Notes: generated by a model not told the origin, from the sequence alone. A stretch of DNA of 64,000 nucleotides from an uncultured Acidobacteriota bacterium (GCA_964506795.1 CAZDMR010000002.1:77809-141808); one strand, 5' to 3'; positions 42,099 through 52,688 are shown, numbered from the stretch's first letter. Numbers and translations are program-made.

Positions 42099-42584
42099 CG
42101 GCAATTCCTGTGTGCAATCAGCCAGCAAATAGCATGCCAACAAGCTTTGGATGATGTTTACGGGAGCGCATGCCGTGAAACCGGATTATTCACGGAAATT
42201 CTACTGCGCCGCCGGAACCCTTTGGGCGTAACAGGACTGCGGGGCGGTCTCTTCATTGGCTGTCGTCAACGTTGTCTCCGCATTGTTTCCTCTTGAGTTA
42301 GCCTCGCGAGCCCTTGTGCGCGCGACCTTCTGTACTTCCCCCGCCGCCGCGAATCCGCGTCAATAAGCCGGGCTGATGTGCTCATTCGATCACCGGCCTG
42401 CCGGTTTTGGGCATTTGCCATAAATTGGCATCGCTGAAACTGTCAAATCGCCTGGCGTTTAGTCGTAGCCGGGAATTAAAAGCGGACGGGGCCTGCACGG
42501 ATGCTCGTTTAAGCTGTGCATCCGCAGCCGATCTGCAGAAGGCGCGGGCTTGCCCTTTCGTATCTTTTATTTTGGGAAAACTTT

Positions 42585-42600
42585 TGGAACAAAGGTTGCG
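42585..42600 (+). promoter_or_regulatory. sigma-54 (-24/-12) type promoter upstream of the RND efflux operon
   Basis: Seen in sequence: TGGAAC-aaagg-TTGCG matches TGGCAC-N5-TTGCW with correct GG-N10-GC spacing, ~55 nt upstream of the start codon at 42655; a sigma-54 activator gene lies nearby. Confidence 0.45.
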
Positions 42601-42654
42601 TGTTAGGTAAACTTTCTGTTTTGCCCTGTGGTTGCGATGAGGAGCTTTTAAACA

Positions 42655-43875
42655 ATGTCGCTTAAAAATGAGATTAAATATGTTGCTGCATCAGCTTTGT
42701 TTTTTGCGGGGGCATTCCTATCGGGGTGTCAATCCTCACAGGCGCCTCCCCCGGCGGGTCCCGTAGAAGTGGGCATCGTTGCAGTTCAACCCGAACGAGT
42801 GGCGCTGACGACCGAGCTTCCCGGCAGAATAAATGCCTATCTTGTTGCCGAAATCCGCCCGCAGGTAAGCGGCCTTCTGCAGAAGCGCTTTTTCGAAGAA
42901 GGGTCCTATGTCAAACAGGGAGACCTTCTTTACCAGATTGACCCCGCTCCCTATCAAGCGGCATACGATCAGGCTAAGGCCGCTCTTGCGCTGTCGGAAG
43001 CCGAAATCGCCCTTGCGGAAGCGAACCTCCCGGCCATAGAGTCCAGGGCCGAACGGCTCAAGAATTTGGTGAAAATACATGCAGTCGGACAACAGGATTA
43101 TGACGATGCCGCGGCTGCTTTGCGGCAAGCCAAGGCGAATCTGGCGGTGAGAAAAACAGCCGTTGAAGTAAACCGGGCGAATATGGAGACTGCGCGAATC
43201 AGTCTTTCCTACACGCCGATCAAAGCTCCCATTTCGGGCCGCATCGGAAAGTCCAATATTACCGTGGGAGCGATGGTAACGGCGTACCAGCCGACGCCGC
43301 TTGCCGTCATCCAGCAATTGGATCCGATATACGTCGATGTGACGCAGGCGAGCAAGAAACTACTGCAGCTGAGGCAAAAACTTGAAAGAGGAGACCTCAA
43401 ACGCGGCGGCGCGAACGGAAGAAAAGTCAGGCTGATTCTTGAAGACGGGAGTTCCTACTCGCAGACGGGAATATTGAAATTCCGGGATGTCACGGTAGAT
43501 CCAACCACGGGCTCGGTAACCCTCAGGCTGGTATTTCCCAACCCGCGACAGGTTCTTCTTCCAGGTATGTTCGTTTATGCCGTTGTGGAGGAAGGAACGA
43601 ATGAAGGCGCCATCCTAGTTCCTCAAATGGGAGTTTCTCGCGATACGAAGGGTGATCCCATTGCTCTTGTGGTCGGCAAGGACAACAAGGTGGAGCAGCG
43701 CATGCTCAAGGTTGATCGCGCCATTGGGGACAAATGGATGGTGGTCGATGGACTGGCTTCCGGAGACCGCGTTATTGTCGAAGGAAGGCAAAAGGTCCGC
43801 CCCGGCGATACGGTCAAAGCAATACTGCTGGAGCAGACCGAAACCAGAAATCAGCCTTCGGCGGAAACCGAGTAG
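42655..43875 (+). CDS. RND efflux membrane fusion protein (periplasmic adaptor, AcrA/MexA family)
   Basis: Lipoprotein-like N-terminus (LSGCQS), coiled-coil hairpin, lipoyl and beta-barrel domains typical of MFPs; precedes RND pump. Confidence 0.9.
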   Translation: MSLKNEIKYVAASALFFAGAFLSGCQSSQAPPPAGPVEVGIVAVQPERVALTTELPGRINAYLVAEIRPQVSGLLQKRFFEEGSYVKQGDLLYQIDPAPYQAAYDQAKAALALSEAEIALAEANLPAIESRAERLKNLVKIHAVGQQDYDDAAAALRQAKANLAVRKTAVEVNRANMETARISLSYTPIKAPISGRIGKSNITVGAMVTAYQPTPLAVIQQLDPIYVDVTQASKKLLQLRQKLERGDLKRGGANGRKVRLILEDGSSYSQTGILKFRDVTVDPTTGSVTLRLVFPNPRQVLLPGMFVYAVVEEGTNEGAILVPQMGVSRDTKGDPIALVVGKDNKVEQRMLKVDRAIGDKWMVVDGLASGDRVIVEGRQKVRPGDTVKAILLEQTETRNQPSAETE

Positions 43876-43885
43876 GAGAAGCTCC

Positions 43886-46800
43886 ATGGCAAGATTTTTC
43901 CTTAATCGTCCCGTTTTCGCCTGGGTTATCGCCATCGGCATGATGCTTGCCGGCGGTTTGGCCATTTATAATCTGCCGGTTTCTCAGTATCCCCCCATTG
44001 CTCCTCCTTCCATCAGCATTCGCGGCATGTATCCCGGAGCGTCGGCCAAGACCGTGGAGGATACTGTCGTCCAAATCATCGAACAGAACATGACCGGTTT
44101 GGATCAGATGCTGTATATGCAGTCCGAGAGCACTTCCGCCGGGATAGGAAGCATTGAGCTTACCTTTGCTCCCGGCACGGATCCGGATCTGGCCTGGGCC
44201 AAAGTGCAGAACAAGCTGCAGCTTGCCATGCCGATGCTGCCCGAAACAGTGCAGCGGCAGGGCCTCGAAGTCAGCAAGTCCACCCGCAATTTTCTTCTCA
44301 TAGCCGCGCTCACCTGCGAGGACGGAAGCCTGACGCAAGCCGACCTGATGGATTACGCGGTTTCGCAGATTCAGACATCCCTTGCACGGGTGCCCGGCGT
44401 AGGGGAAGTGGAGGCGCTTGCCGCACAATACGCCATGCGCATTTGGCTGGATCCTACCAGGATGACGAATTTCAGCATGACGCCCAGCGATGTCATTGCG
44501 GCCATAAGAACTCATAACGTTCAGGTTTCCGCCGGCCAGTTCGGAGGGACGCCGGCGGTGCCCGGCCAGCGGCTCAATGCGACCATTACGGTTCAGAATC
44601 TGCTGAAGACTCCGGAAGAATTCGGCGCAATTCCCCTTCGCAACAATCCGGACGGCTCGGTTGTACGGGTGCGGGATGTGGCGCGCACGGAGCTGGGCAC
44701 CGAGTTTTCCCAATTCAAGCTCTCCTTTAATGAAGGCTATCCGGCGGCCGCGCTTGCGGTGCGGCAAATGGCCGGGGCCAACGCGCTGGATACGGCAGAC
44801 GCGGTCAAAGCAATGATGGAAGAGATGTCCCGCTACTTCCCGCCCGGGATGAAAGTCGTCTATCCCTACGACACCACTCCTTTTGTAAGGGTGGCCATCG
44901 GCGAAGTCGTCCGGACGCTCATCGAGGCGGTCGTCCTGGTGTTCCTTGTCATGTTTCTCTTCATGGGAAACATGCGCGCTACGCTCATTCCGACAATCGC
45001 GGTGCCGGTAGTGATTCTGGGCACCTTCGGGGTTCTCGGAGCGTTCGGCTATTCCATCAACATGCTGACGATGTTTGCCATGATCCTTGCGATCGGCCTC
45101 CTTGTCGATGATGCCATTGTTGTCGTGGAAAACGTGGAGCGGATCATGTCGGAGGAAGGGCTGGCACCTATGGAAGCAACTCGGAAGTCGATGGACGAGA
45201 TTACCAGCGCCTTGGTAGGGATCGGGCTGGTTCTTTCAGCTGTCTTCGTTCCCATGATGTTCTTCAGCGGCTCCACAGGCATCATCTACCGCCAATTCTC
45301 CATAACGATCATTTCCTCCATGCTCCTGTCAGTCCTTGTGGCATTGATCCTGACGCCCGTTCTATGCGCCGGCCTTCTAAAACCGGTGGCCAAAGGCCAT
45401 GAAGCGGCGGAATCCGGATCCCGGCTTCTGCGGCCTTTTTTCCTGTGGTTCGATCGTCTGTTTAACCGCCTCCGCGACAGGTATAGGTTTACGGTCGGGC
45501 ATATTCTGGGATTCAAAGTTCCTTACTTTGCCGTGTTCGTACTGATTGTGGCGCTGATGGGCTACTTTTTCCTGAAAATGCCCACAGCGTACCTGCCCGA
45601 TGAAGATCAGGGAGTGCTCCTGGCATTGGTGCAAACAGCGCCGGGTTCAACGCAGGAGCAAACCGTTGAGGTCCTGAATCAAGTCCGCGATCATTTTCTA
45701 AGAAATGAAAAGGAAACGGTGGAGGCGTGTCTGGCCATCGGCGGCTTCAGTTCGGCGGGAATGGGCCAAGATCAGGGAATGGTCTATATAAAGCTTCGAG
45801 ACTGGGAATTGCGCGATTCGCCGGACCTTAGAGTCGATGCCATTATCAGGAGAGCGTATCCGGTCCTGGCCAGGATTCGTAACGCCGGCATTTATGTGAT
45901 TTCTCCCCCGGCCGTTACGGAGCTCGGCATGGCGAAAGGTTTCGACTTTATGCTGCAGGATCGCGGGGGGCTCGGCCACGAGACGCTCATGGCAGCCCAG
46001 CTTCTACTATTGCGCACGGCTGCTCGGGACAAGCGTCTGATGAACGTGCGGCCGAACGGAATGTCGGACGTAGCTCAATATAAGGTGGATATAGACTGGG
46101 ATAAGGCCGGCGCCCTCGGCATACCGGTCAGCGAAGTTCAGAATGCAATCTCGGCCGCTTTCGGAAGCGCCTATGTCAACGACTTTATCCACAGCGGCCG
46201 CGTCAAGCGTGTTTATGTGCAGGCGGATGCCCCCTATCGCATGCTTCCGGACGATGTGGATCATTTTTATGTGCGCAACAATGCGGGCAAGATGGTTCCG
46301 GTTTCTGCGCTTGCATCCGGGCGCTGGTTGTACGGTTCGCCGCAGCTCGTGCGCTACAACGGTTTCCCGGCGCTGAATTTCCAGGGCGAACCGGCTCCGG
46401 GAAGAAGTTCGGGCGAGGCCATGAAAGCCATGGAGGAGCTGGCGGCGAACCTGCCCAAGGGTTTCGGGCACGAGTGGACCGGCCTTTCCTACCAGGAAAG
46501 GATGTCGTCGCAGCAGACCGGCCTTTTGTATACCTTTTCCGTTATCGCCATCTTCCTTGTCTTGGCGGCCCTATACGAAAGCTGGTCCATTCCGATTTCA
46601 ATTCTGCTGGCTTTGCCGCTCGGAGTCATCGGCGGGGTATTGGCATCGACGTTCCGGGGATTGCCCAATGATGTCTATTTCCAAATCGGGCTGCTGACGG
46701 TACTGGGATTGACGACCAAAAATGCAATTCTGATTGTGCAGTTCGCCAAGATCCGGGTCGAACAGGGAATGGGCCTGATTGAGGCGACGCTGGAAGGGGC

Positions 46801-47077
46801 AAGGCTCAGGCTTCGTCCGATTGTGATGACATCTCTGGCCTTCGGTTTCGGAGTGTTGCCGCTTGCTATTGCAACCGGCGCGGGCGCTGGAGCGCAGAAA
46901 GCGATAGGCACCAGCGTGCTGGGCGGGATGATAACGGCCACGTTCCTCGCCATTTTCTTTATTCCGCTGTTTTTCGTAACGGTGAGCATGCTGTTCCGCG
47001 GAGAAAGAGGCGGATCCCGGCGGCCGCCTGCCCCGGCTGGAGGAATTCTGCAGGAGGGGGCGCAGCATGATGCATAG
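43886..47077 (+). CDS. RND multidrug efflux transporter permease (AcrB/MexB family)
   Basis: 1063 aa from MARFFLNRPVFAWVIAIGMMLAG; 12-TM RND architecture with two large periplasmic loops; the ORF-track upstream extension overlaps the MFP gene and is not used. Confidence 0.95.
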   Translation: MARFFLNRPVFAWVIAIGMMLAGGLAIYNLPVSQYPPIAPPSISIRGMYPGASAKTVEDTVVQIIEQNMTGLDQMLYMQSESTSAGIGSIELTFAPGTDPDLAWAKVQNKLQLAMPMLPETVQRQGLEVSKSTRNFLLIAALTCEDGSLTQADLMDYAVSQIQTSLARVPGVGEVEALAAQYAMRIWLDPTRMTNFSMTPSDVIAAIRTHNVQVSAGQFGGTPAVPGQRLNATITVQNLLKTPEEFGAIPLRNNPDGSVVRVRDVARTELGTEFSQFKLSFNEGYPAAALAVRQMAGANALDTADAVKAMMEEMSRYFPPGMKVVYPYDTTPFVRVAIGEVVRTLIEAVVLVFLVMFLFMGNMRATLIPTIAVPVVILGTFGVLGAFGYSINMLTMFAMILAIGLLVDDAIVVVENVERIMSEEGLAPMEATRKSMDEITSALVGIGLVLSAVFVPMMFFSGSTGIIYRQFSITIISSMLLSVLVALILTPVLCAGLLKPVAKGHEAAESGSRLLRPFFLWFDRLFNRLRDRYRFTVGHILGFKVPYFAVFVLIVALMGYFFLKMPTAYLPDEDQGVLLALVQTAPGSTQEQTVEVLNQVRDHFLRNEKETVEACLAIGGFSSAGMGQDQGMVYIKLRDWELRDSPDLRVDAIIRRAYPVLARIRNAGIYVISPPAVTELGMAKGFDFMLQDRGGLGHETLMAAQLLLLRTAARDKRLMNVRPNGMSDVAQYKVDIDWDKAGALGIPVSEVQNAISAAFGSAYVNDFIHSGRVKRVYVQADAPYRMLPDDVDHFYVRNNAGKMVPVSALASGRWLYGSPQLVRYNGFPALNFQGEPAPGRSSGEAMKAMEELAANLPKGFGHEWTGLSYQERMSSQQTGLLYTFSVIAIFLVLAALYESWSIPISILLALPLGVIGGVLASTFRGLPNDVYFQIGLLTVLGLTTKNAILIVQFAKIRVEQGMGLIEATLEGARLRLRPIVMTSLAFGFGVLPLAIATGAGAGAQKAIGTSVLGGMITATFLAIFFIPLFFVTVSMLFRGERGGSRRPPAPAGGILQEGAQHDA

Positions 47078-48473
47078 GTTTTTTGTTCTCGCGGTTGTCG
47101 GAATGTCGATTTTCCTTTGCGGCTGTCCGGCGCCCTCAAGGTATTCGCGGCCCGAACCGCCGGTTCCTTCCGAATGGCCGGAAAGCGCCGCCGCTCCGAA
47201 AATCCGGCAGGATTCGCCTGCGGCATCGGATATGAAATGGCGGGAATTTTTCAAAGACAGGCGGCTTCAATCGGTGATTGAACTCTCTTTGGACAATAAC
47301 CGCGACCTTCGCGCGGCGGCTCTCAATATTGAAAAAGCCCGCGCGCTGTTCCGGATTCAACGGGCCCAGCAGTACCCCGGCGTCCATTTCTCGGTCGACG
47401 CTGAGGCGTACCGGGTGCCGGAGAGCCTCTCGGGCGGCGGCGAGGCCGAAACAATTTCTCAGTACAGGGTCGGTTTGGGGACGGCCTCCTGGGAAATTGA
47501 TTTTTTCGGGCGCGTCCGAAGTCTAAAAAGCCGGGCGCTGGAGCAGTATCTGGCTACGGAACAGGCTCGAGCGGCTGCGCAGATATCCCTCGTGGCGGCC
47601 GTCGCGGAAAGGTATTTAACGCTTGCGGCCGATCGGGAGAATCTGAAGCTGGCCGAGGCCACTTACGATACGCAGAAGGCGTATTACGAATTAATCCTGC
47701 GTACGAGGGATTTAGGGATGGCTTCCGATCTGGAGGTCCGCCAAGCTAAAAGCCAGGTGCAAGCGGCCCAGGTGGATATCGCCCGATACTCCGGGCAGTT
47801 GTCTCTCGATAAAAACGCGCTCGATTTGGTCGCGGGGGCGTCGGTGGCGCCGGATATGCTTTCCGAAAACCTGGACGCGATAGGAACGTTTCCTGAAATC
47901 TCTGCGGGCGTGCCATCCGATGTGCTGCTTCTTCGGCCGGATATTCTTGCCGCAGAACATCAGCTGAAGGCTCTGAATGCCAATATCGGCGCGGCGCGCG
48001 CTGCTTTTTTCCCGCGCATATCCCTAACCGCGGCCGTGGGCATCGCCAGCAGCGATTTGACCAATCTCTTTAAGCCCGCGGCCGGAACCTGGAACTTCGC
48101 GCCGCAGCTGCTCATGCCCATTTTCGATTGGGGTGCGCGCGAGGACAATTATGAAGCGGCCCAAGCGGACCGCGACATCGCAATTGCGCAATATGAAAAA
48201 TCGATTCAATCGGCGTTCAAGGAAGTAAGCGACGCCTTGAGCCTGAGGATCGCATTGGCGGACCAACAGGAGGCGCTTGTATCGCTGGTGGATACTCTGG
48301 CGGAAACCCACCGTCTTTCGGAGGCACGATACACAGAGGGGATTGACAGCTACCTTGCCGTGCTTGTCGCCCAGCGGTCGTTGTACGCCGCCCGGCAGCA
48401 ATTGGTCGACGTTCGTCTGGCGCGCTTGAGCAATCTGATAAGGCTCTACAAGGTGCTGGGAGGAGGCGCCTGA
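47067..48473 (+). CDS. outer membrane efflux lipoprotein (OprM/NodT/TolC family)
   Basis: Signal peptide with lipobox-like FLCGC, two-repeat OEP structure; 11-nt overlap with the pump gene. Confidence 0.85.
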   Translation: MMHRFFVLAVVGMSIFLCGCPAPSRYSRPEPPVPSEWPESAAAPKIRQDSPAASDMKWREFFKDRRLQSVIELSLDNNRDLRAAALNIEKARALFRIQRAQQYPGVHFSVDAEAYRVPESLSGGGEAETISQYRVGLGTASWEIDFFGRVRSLKSRALEQYLATEQARAAAQISLVAAVAERYLTLAADRENLKLAEATYDTQKAYYELILRTRDLGMASDLEVRQAKSQVQAAQVDIARYSGQLSLDKNALDLVAGASVAPDMLSENLDAIGTFPEISAGVPSDVLLLRPDILAAEHQLKALNANIGAARAAFFPRISLTAAVGIASSDLTNLFKPAAGTWNFAPQLLMPIFDWGAREDNYEAAQADRDIAIAQYEKSIQSAFKEVSDALSLRIALADQQEALVSLVDTLAETHRLSEARYTEGIDSYLAVLVAQRSLYAARQQLVDVRLARLSNLIRLYKVLGGGA

Positions 48474-49750
48474 AAAAAATCCCGGCGCGCCCACAGACCC
48501 AGGGCGGGATTCGAAATGTAATATATTTCTTCTCCGCCGGGCAGCGAGTTGAAACCCTCATGCAATGTTGCGGGATTGTATCTTGCGGTCATGGCTAGAA
48601 GATCGCCATATCGAAAGCGAACTCTTTCGATCTCGCGTTGCGTGAGGCGGCCGGGACAATAGGTGACGGTGAATCTTTCCTCGGGCGATCCATGAATAAG
48701 GTGGGCTGCCGCTGCCAGGTTCCGCTGGAGATCTTTTTGAGAAGCGACCAGCTCCAGCACCCGCTCTGTTGGGCTATATCCGTATTTGCGGATGAGGCGG
48801 TCGATTTCCTCGTCTTCGCCGAAACTGGCGAGTCCGGGGGCCAGGATGATGAGTTCTCCGCCGTCGGCCAGCGCCATGCGGGTCCGGTAGATGCTTTTAT
48901 TGCCGAGCCAGGCGCTTTTGAACTCCAATGGATCCAAATAGACGACAACTTTTTTAAGGGGCGCGTCCAGCAGCCGGATGTTGACCGCCTGCGACAATGC
49001 GGCTGCGCGTTTAAAGCATTCCGGTTCATCCCCGATGAATAAACCTTTGATACAGAGCCTGCCTCGGCTGTTTTCGCCGACGACGGTCAGGATGTGCATA
49101 ATCGGGAGTTGACGGGTAAATTTTTCTGAAGCGTAGTCGAGAACTCTCCGCACGGGGGTCTCCGCTTTTCCCATAATACGTTCCATCCCGCATACCGCGC
49201 CAAGGAAATGAGTCCGGTTCACGGCGTCGATGCCGCCGGCCCCGATAAGGATATTCTTGCTGTAGCCCGCCATTCCGATCACCTCGTGCGGGACGACCTG
49301 TCCGATTGAAAGGATGAGATCGAACTGCCCGGATGCAATCAGACCGTCGACTTGGACGGGTACGGCGTAATCAACCCTTCCTTCCGATGCCTCTCTGACA
49401 TACGAGGCCGGCACTTCGCCGAGCGCCGTCAAGCCGCGCCTGCAATCATGAACGCGGAACAAATGCTCCGGCACTTTGCCGAACATGGTTTTGATCTCCC
49501 GGTCCGTCATCGGCCGGTGCATCCCGGTTGCGGGCAGGACATCGGTCAGGCGCTTTCCGTAGTAGTCCCACGCCATTTCCGTCAGCATGCCTGAGAATGA
49601 ATGAAAACGGGTGAAGTCCGGCGGAACGGCCAGCACGCGTTTTTTCCTTCCAAGCCTGCTGAAACAGCCAAAGAGGATTTCGCGGACTTCGTCGGCGGAA
49701 AGACAGGTTTCAGGTGAGCCTCGGCTTAGTAGAATCATTGCGGCGCCCAA
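48446..49750 (-). CDS. LarA (lactate racemase) family protein / DUF2088
   Basis: 434 aa with the LarA-like N-terminal DUF2088 and C-terminal domains; no larB/larC/larE in the window. Confidence 0.6.
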   Translation of the reverse strand: MGAAMILLSRGSPETCLSADEVREILFGCFSRLGRKKRVLAVPPDFTRFHSFSGMLTEMAWDYYGKRLTDVLPATGMHRPMTDREIKTMFGKVPEHLFRVHDCRRGLTALGEVPASYVREASEGRVDYAVPVQVDGLIASGQFDLILSIGQVVPHEVIGMAGYSKNILIGAGGIDAVNRTHFLGAVCGMERIMGKAETPVRRVLDYASEKFTRQLPIMHILTVVGENSRGRLCIKGLFIGDEPECFKRAAALSQAVNIRLLDAPLKKVVVYLDPLEFKSAWLGNKSIYRTRMALADGGELIILAPGLASFGEDEEIDRLIRKYGYSPTERVLELVASQKDLQRNLAAAAHLIHGSPEERFTVTYCPGRLTQREIERVRFRYGDLLAMTARYNPATLHEGFNSLPGGEEIYYISNPALGLWARRDFFQAPPPSTL

Positions 49751-49997
49751 TCCCCAATAAAATCGGCCTTATATTAAACCGGAAGCATGGCTGCTTAGAA
49801 GCGCATTAAAACCGCGCGGCGTATCATGTCAAATAGCGCTGTAGCCGTTATGGGCCGGCGGAGCTCTGAAATCGCCGAGGCGAAGCGTGCCGTGCCGGTT
49901 GACGCGCCATCTGCGCAATAGTAAGATCTTTGATCTTCGCCGCCTCCGGCAGAGAAGAGGGGCGAAGGCGCGGGATGGGGGAATACGGGAGCGATCC

Positions 49998-52187
49998 ATG
50001 GCCGAAATAGGGGATATCGATAAGAGAGTCGGACTGCTTCTCGGAAAGATGACGCTGCGGGAGAAGATCGGCCAGATGGTCCAGGTCTCCTATCGTGGCG
50101 GCGGCATTTCGGATGATTTAAAACACAGGCTTCGAGAAGGCCGGATCGGCTCCATGCTCAATGGGGTCCCTCCGGAGATCAATGCGGAAATCCAGCGGAT
50201 CGCGGTTGAGGAAAGCAGGCTCGGAATCCCCTTAATAATGGGCCGGGATGTCGTCCACGGCTTCCGCACGATCTTCCCGATACCGCTGGGGCAGGCGGCG
50301 ACATGGGATCCACCGCTGGCGGAAGCCTGCGCGCGGGCGGCAGCCGGCGAGGCCGCCGCAGCCGGCATCCATTGGACGTTTGCGCCCATGATGGATATCG
50401 CCCGCGACCCGAGGTGGGGGCGCATAGCCGAAAGCTTCGGGGAAGATCCCTATCTAACCTCTCGTTTCGCGGAAGCGGCGGTGCGGGGATTCCAGGGAAA
50501 GGATTTGGCGGCGCCCGATGCCATCGCCGCCTGCGCCAAGCACTTCGCCGGATACGGGGCCGCCGAAGGCGGGCGCGATTACGATACAGCCAATATTCCG
50601 GAGAGGCTTTTGCGCGATGTTTATCTTCCTCCCTTCAAAGCGGCGGTCGATGCGGGAACCGCCACCGTGATGACGGCTTTCAACGAGATCGACGGGGTGC
50701 CTACAACCGGCAACGGCCGCCTTCTGCGCGGTATGCTTCGGGACGAGTGGGGATTCGGCGGATTTGTCGTCAGCGATTGGGAATCGGTGGCGGAAATGGT
50801 CGCCCACGGATTCTGCGAAGACGATAAAGAGGCCGCGCAGAAAGCCCTTGCCGCGGGCGTGGATATGGAAATGCAGAGCTCCGCCTATGCAGACCATCTG
50901 GAATCTTTGGTCTCGGAAGGAGCTGTTCCCGGAAAATTAATCGACAACGCGGTCAGGCGCATTTTGAAGGTCAAGTTCGGTCTCGGTCTGTTTGAGAAGC
51001 CGCCGATATACGCCGCCTCATCGAGCAAAGCGCCCTCGCGGGAGAATCTCGATCTGGCGAAACAGGCGGCATTGAAAAGCGTCGTGCTTTTGAAAAACAA
51101 AAACAAGATACTGCCGCTGTCTAAAGAAAGGAGCCCGATTGCCGTCATAGGTCCGCTCGCCGACGACGCTTATGAAATCCTGGGAACCTGGAACCGGGAT
51201 GGCAGAATTGAAGACACGGTGACGCCGCTAGCGGGAATCCGGAAATTGCTGGGCGATTCGGCTGAGATTCATTATGCCGCCGGGCTGGAATATTCCCGCA
51301 GCAGGGACACCGGCCAATTCGCCCGCGCTGTCGAGCTGGCGCGGCAGTCAAAAGCGGTGATTTTTTTCGGAGGGGAGGAAGCCATCCTTTCAGGAGAAGC
51401 TCACAGCCGGGCTTGCTTGAAGTTGCCCGGCGCACAGAGTGAATTGATTGAGGAAATCGCCGGAGCCGGAACGCCCGTCGTTCTGGTGATTCTCGCCGGA
51501 AGGCCGTTGACGATAGGAGACGTTTCGGAGAAAGTGGACGCGGTTCTGTACGCTTGGCATCCGGGGACCATGGGAGGATCGGCTCTTGCGGATCTGATCT
51601 TCGGGATCGAAGCGCCGTCCGGAAAGCTGCCCGTCACCTTCCCCCAAACCGAGGGGCAGATCCCCGTTTACTACGCGCATAAAAATACCGGTAGGCCGCC
51701 GGATAGGACGCCGCTTACGATGCTGGAGGACATTCCGCGGCGGGCGGCGCAAAGCTCCCTAGGAGATGCGGCGCGCTATCTGGATATTGGGTACCTGCCG
51801 CTGTACCCGTTCGGCTATGGCTTATCGTATGCCGAATTTGCATACGGCGGTCTACAGATCTCTTCGGATAAGATCCGCCGCGGAGAAAACCTCCGCGTCT
51901 CTGTGCAAGTTACGAACATTGGAAACGTGGATGCTGAGGAAGTCGCGCAGTTGTATGTCCGCGACCTGTCGGCGTCTGTGACCCGGCCCGTAAAGGAATT
52001 GAAGGGATTCCAACGCGTTCGCTTAAAGGCAAAGCAAACCAAGACGATTGTTTTTGATCTCTCCGCTGAGATTCTGGGATTTCACGACGGCGAGATGCGA
52101 TACGTTGTGGAGCCGGGGGAATTTCACCTATGGGTCGGAGGAGACTCTCGGGCGGACTTAAGGGCTGAGTTTCAGATTGTGGAATGA
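49998..52187 (+). CDS. glycoside hydrolase family 3 beta-glucosidase/beta-hexosaminidase-like (BglX type)
   Basis: GH3 N-terminal (KHFAGYG, GFVVSDW) and C-terminal domains plus fibronectin-like C-term; start at 49998 with RBS GGGAG. Confidence 0.9.
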   Translation: MAEIGDIDKRVGLLLGKMTLREKIGQMVQVSYRGGGISDDLKHRLREGRIGSMLNGVPPEINAEIQRIAVEESRLGIPLIMGRDVVHGFRTIFPIPLGQAATWDPPLAEACARAAAGEAAAAGIHWTFAPMMDIARDPRWGRIAESFGEDPYLTSRFAEAAVRGFQGKDLAAPDAIAACAKHFAGYGAAEGGRDYDTANIPERLLRDVYLPPFKAAVDAGTATVMTAFNEIDGVPTTGNGRLLRGMLRDEWGFGGFVVSDWESVAEMVAHGFCEDDKEAAQKALAAGVDMEMQSSAYADHLESLVSEGAVPGKLIDNAVRRILKVKFGLGLFEKPPIYAASSSKAPSRENLDLAKQAALKSVVLLKNKNKILPLSKERSPIAVIGPLADDAYEILGTWNRDGRIEDTVTPLAGIRKLLGDSAEIHYAAGLEYSRSRDTGQFARAVELARQSKAVIFFGGEEAILSGEAHSRACLKLPGAQSELIEEIAGAGTPVVLVILAGRPLTIGDVSEKVDAVLYAWHPGTMGGSALADLIFGIEAPSGKLPVTFPQTEGQIPVYYAHKNTGRPPDRTPLTMLEDIPRRAAQSSLGDAARYLDIGYLPLYPFGYGLSYAEFAYGGLQISSDKIRRGENLRVSVQVTNIGNVDAEEVAQLYVRDLSASVTRPVKELKGFQRVRLKAKQTKTIVFDLSAEILGFHDGEMRYVVEPGEFHLWVGGDSRADLRAEFQIVE

Positions 52188-52203
52188 ACGGCTTTTGCGG
52201 CGG

Positions 52204-52476
52204 CTATGGCTTCATTTTTTCGGGCTCGCAGAGCAGCTCCGGATTCATGGAGACCTGCCTGCAATTATTGCAGACCCATCGGTTGGTGTGAACGCGGTTG
52301 ATGCATTGAAGGGGAAGTCTATGCGAAGAGGTGCCGCACCAGTCCGCCTTGGTGCCCAAACCCTGGACTTTGCAGATGTTGTTCGGATCAAGAGAAACAG
52401 CGCCGCAAAGAGCGCATATAAAAGCGCGAGTGTCTTTTGGAAGGGGGGTGTAGTTCTGGATCGGATCCTTAGACAT
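52204..52476 (-). CDS. small cysteine-rich protein of unknown function (8 Cys, probable metal-binding)
   Basis: 90 aa; Cys pattern CxxC-x10-C-x11-C-x11-C-x11-CxxC-x9-C; strong RBS AGGGAG 10 nt upstream of the ATG; isolated between two plus-strand genes. Confidence 0.5.
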   Translation of the reverse strand: MSKDPIQNYTPLPKDTRAFICALCGAVSLDPNNICKVQGLGTKADWCGTSSHRLPLQCINRVHTNRWVCNNCRQVSMNPELLCEPEKMKP

Positions 52477-52688
52477 AATAATTTAACTCCCTTTTTATCA
52501 CCCATCTCACATTATACAGGAACGCATTCTGTCTGTCTGCACTTGGGAATATCTGAGAATGCTGTTGCAAAATAGCTTTTAATCCGGATTATTCATAAGG
52601 ATTCGCAGCAAGGCGGCCCGGCTCCGGCATCGCCGGCCGCCGCAGGCTTCATCGTAATGATAAACACCGGTGCTGATCGAGCTTATTT

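Noticed and set aside
43652-43885. Upstream extensions of ORF-track models for the RND pump (43652), cytochrome (33843), transporter (30372), GH3 (49887) and Tat ferredoxin (37756)
   Set aside because: The extensions overlap preceding genes or lack RBS and signal features. Internal ATG codons with RBS and proper N-terminal features (signal peptide, TM, Tat motif) give more credible starts.
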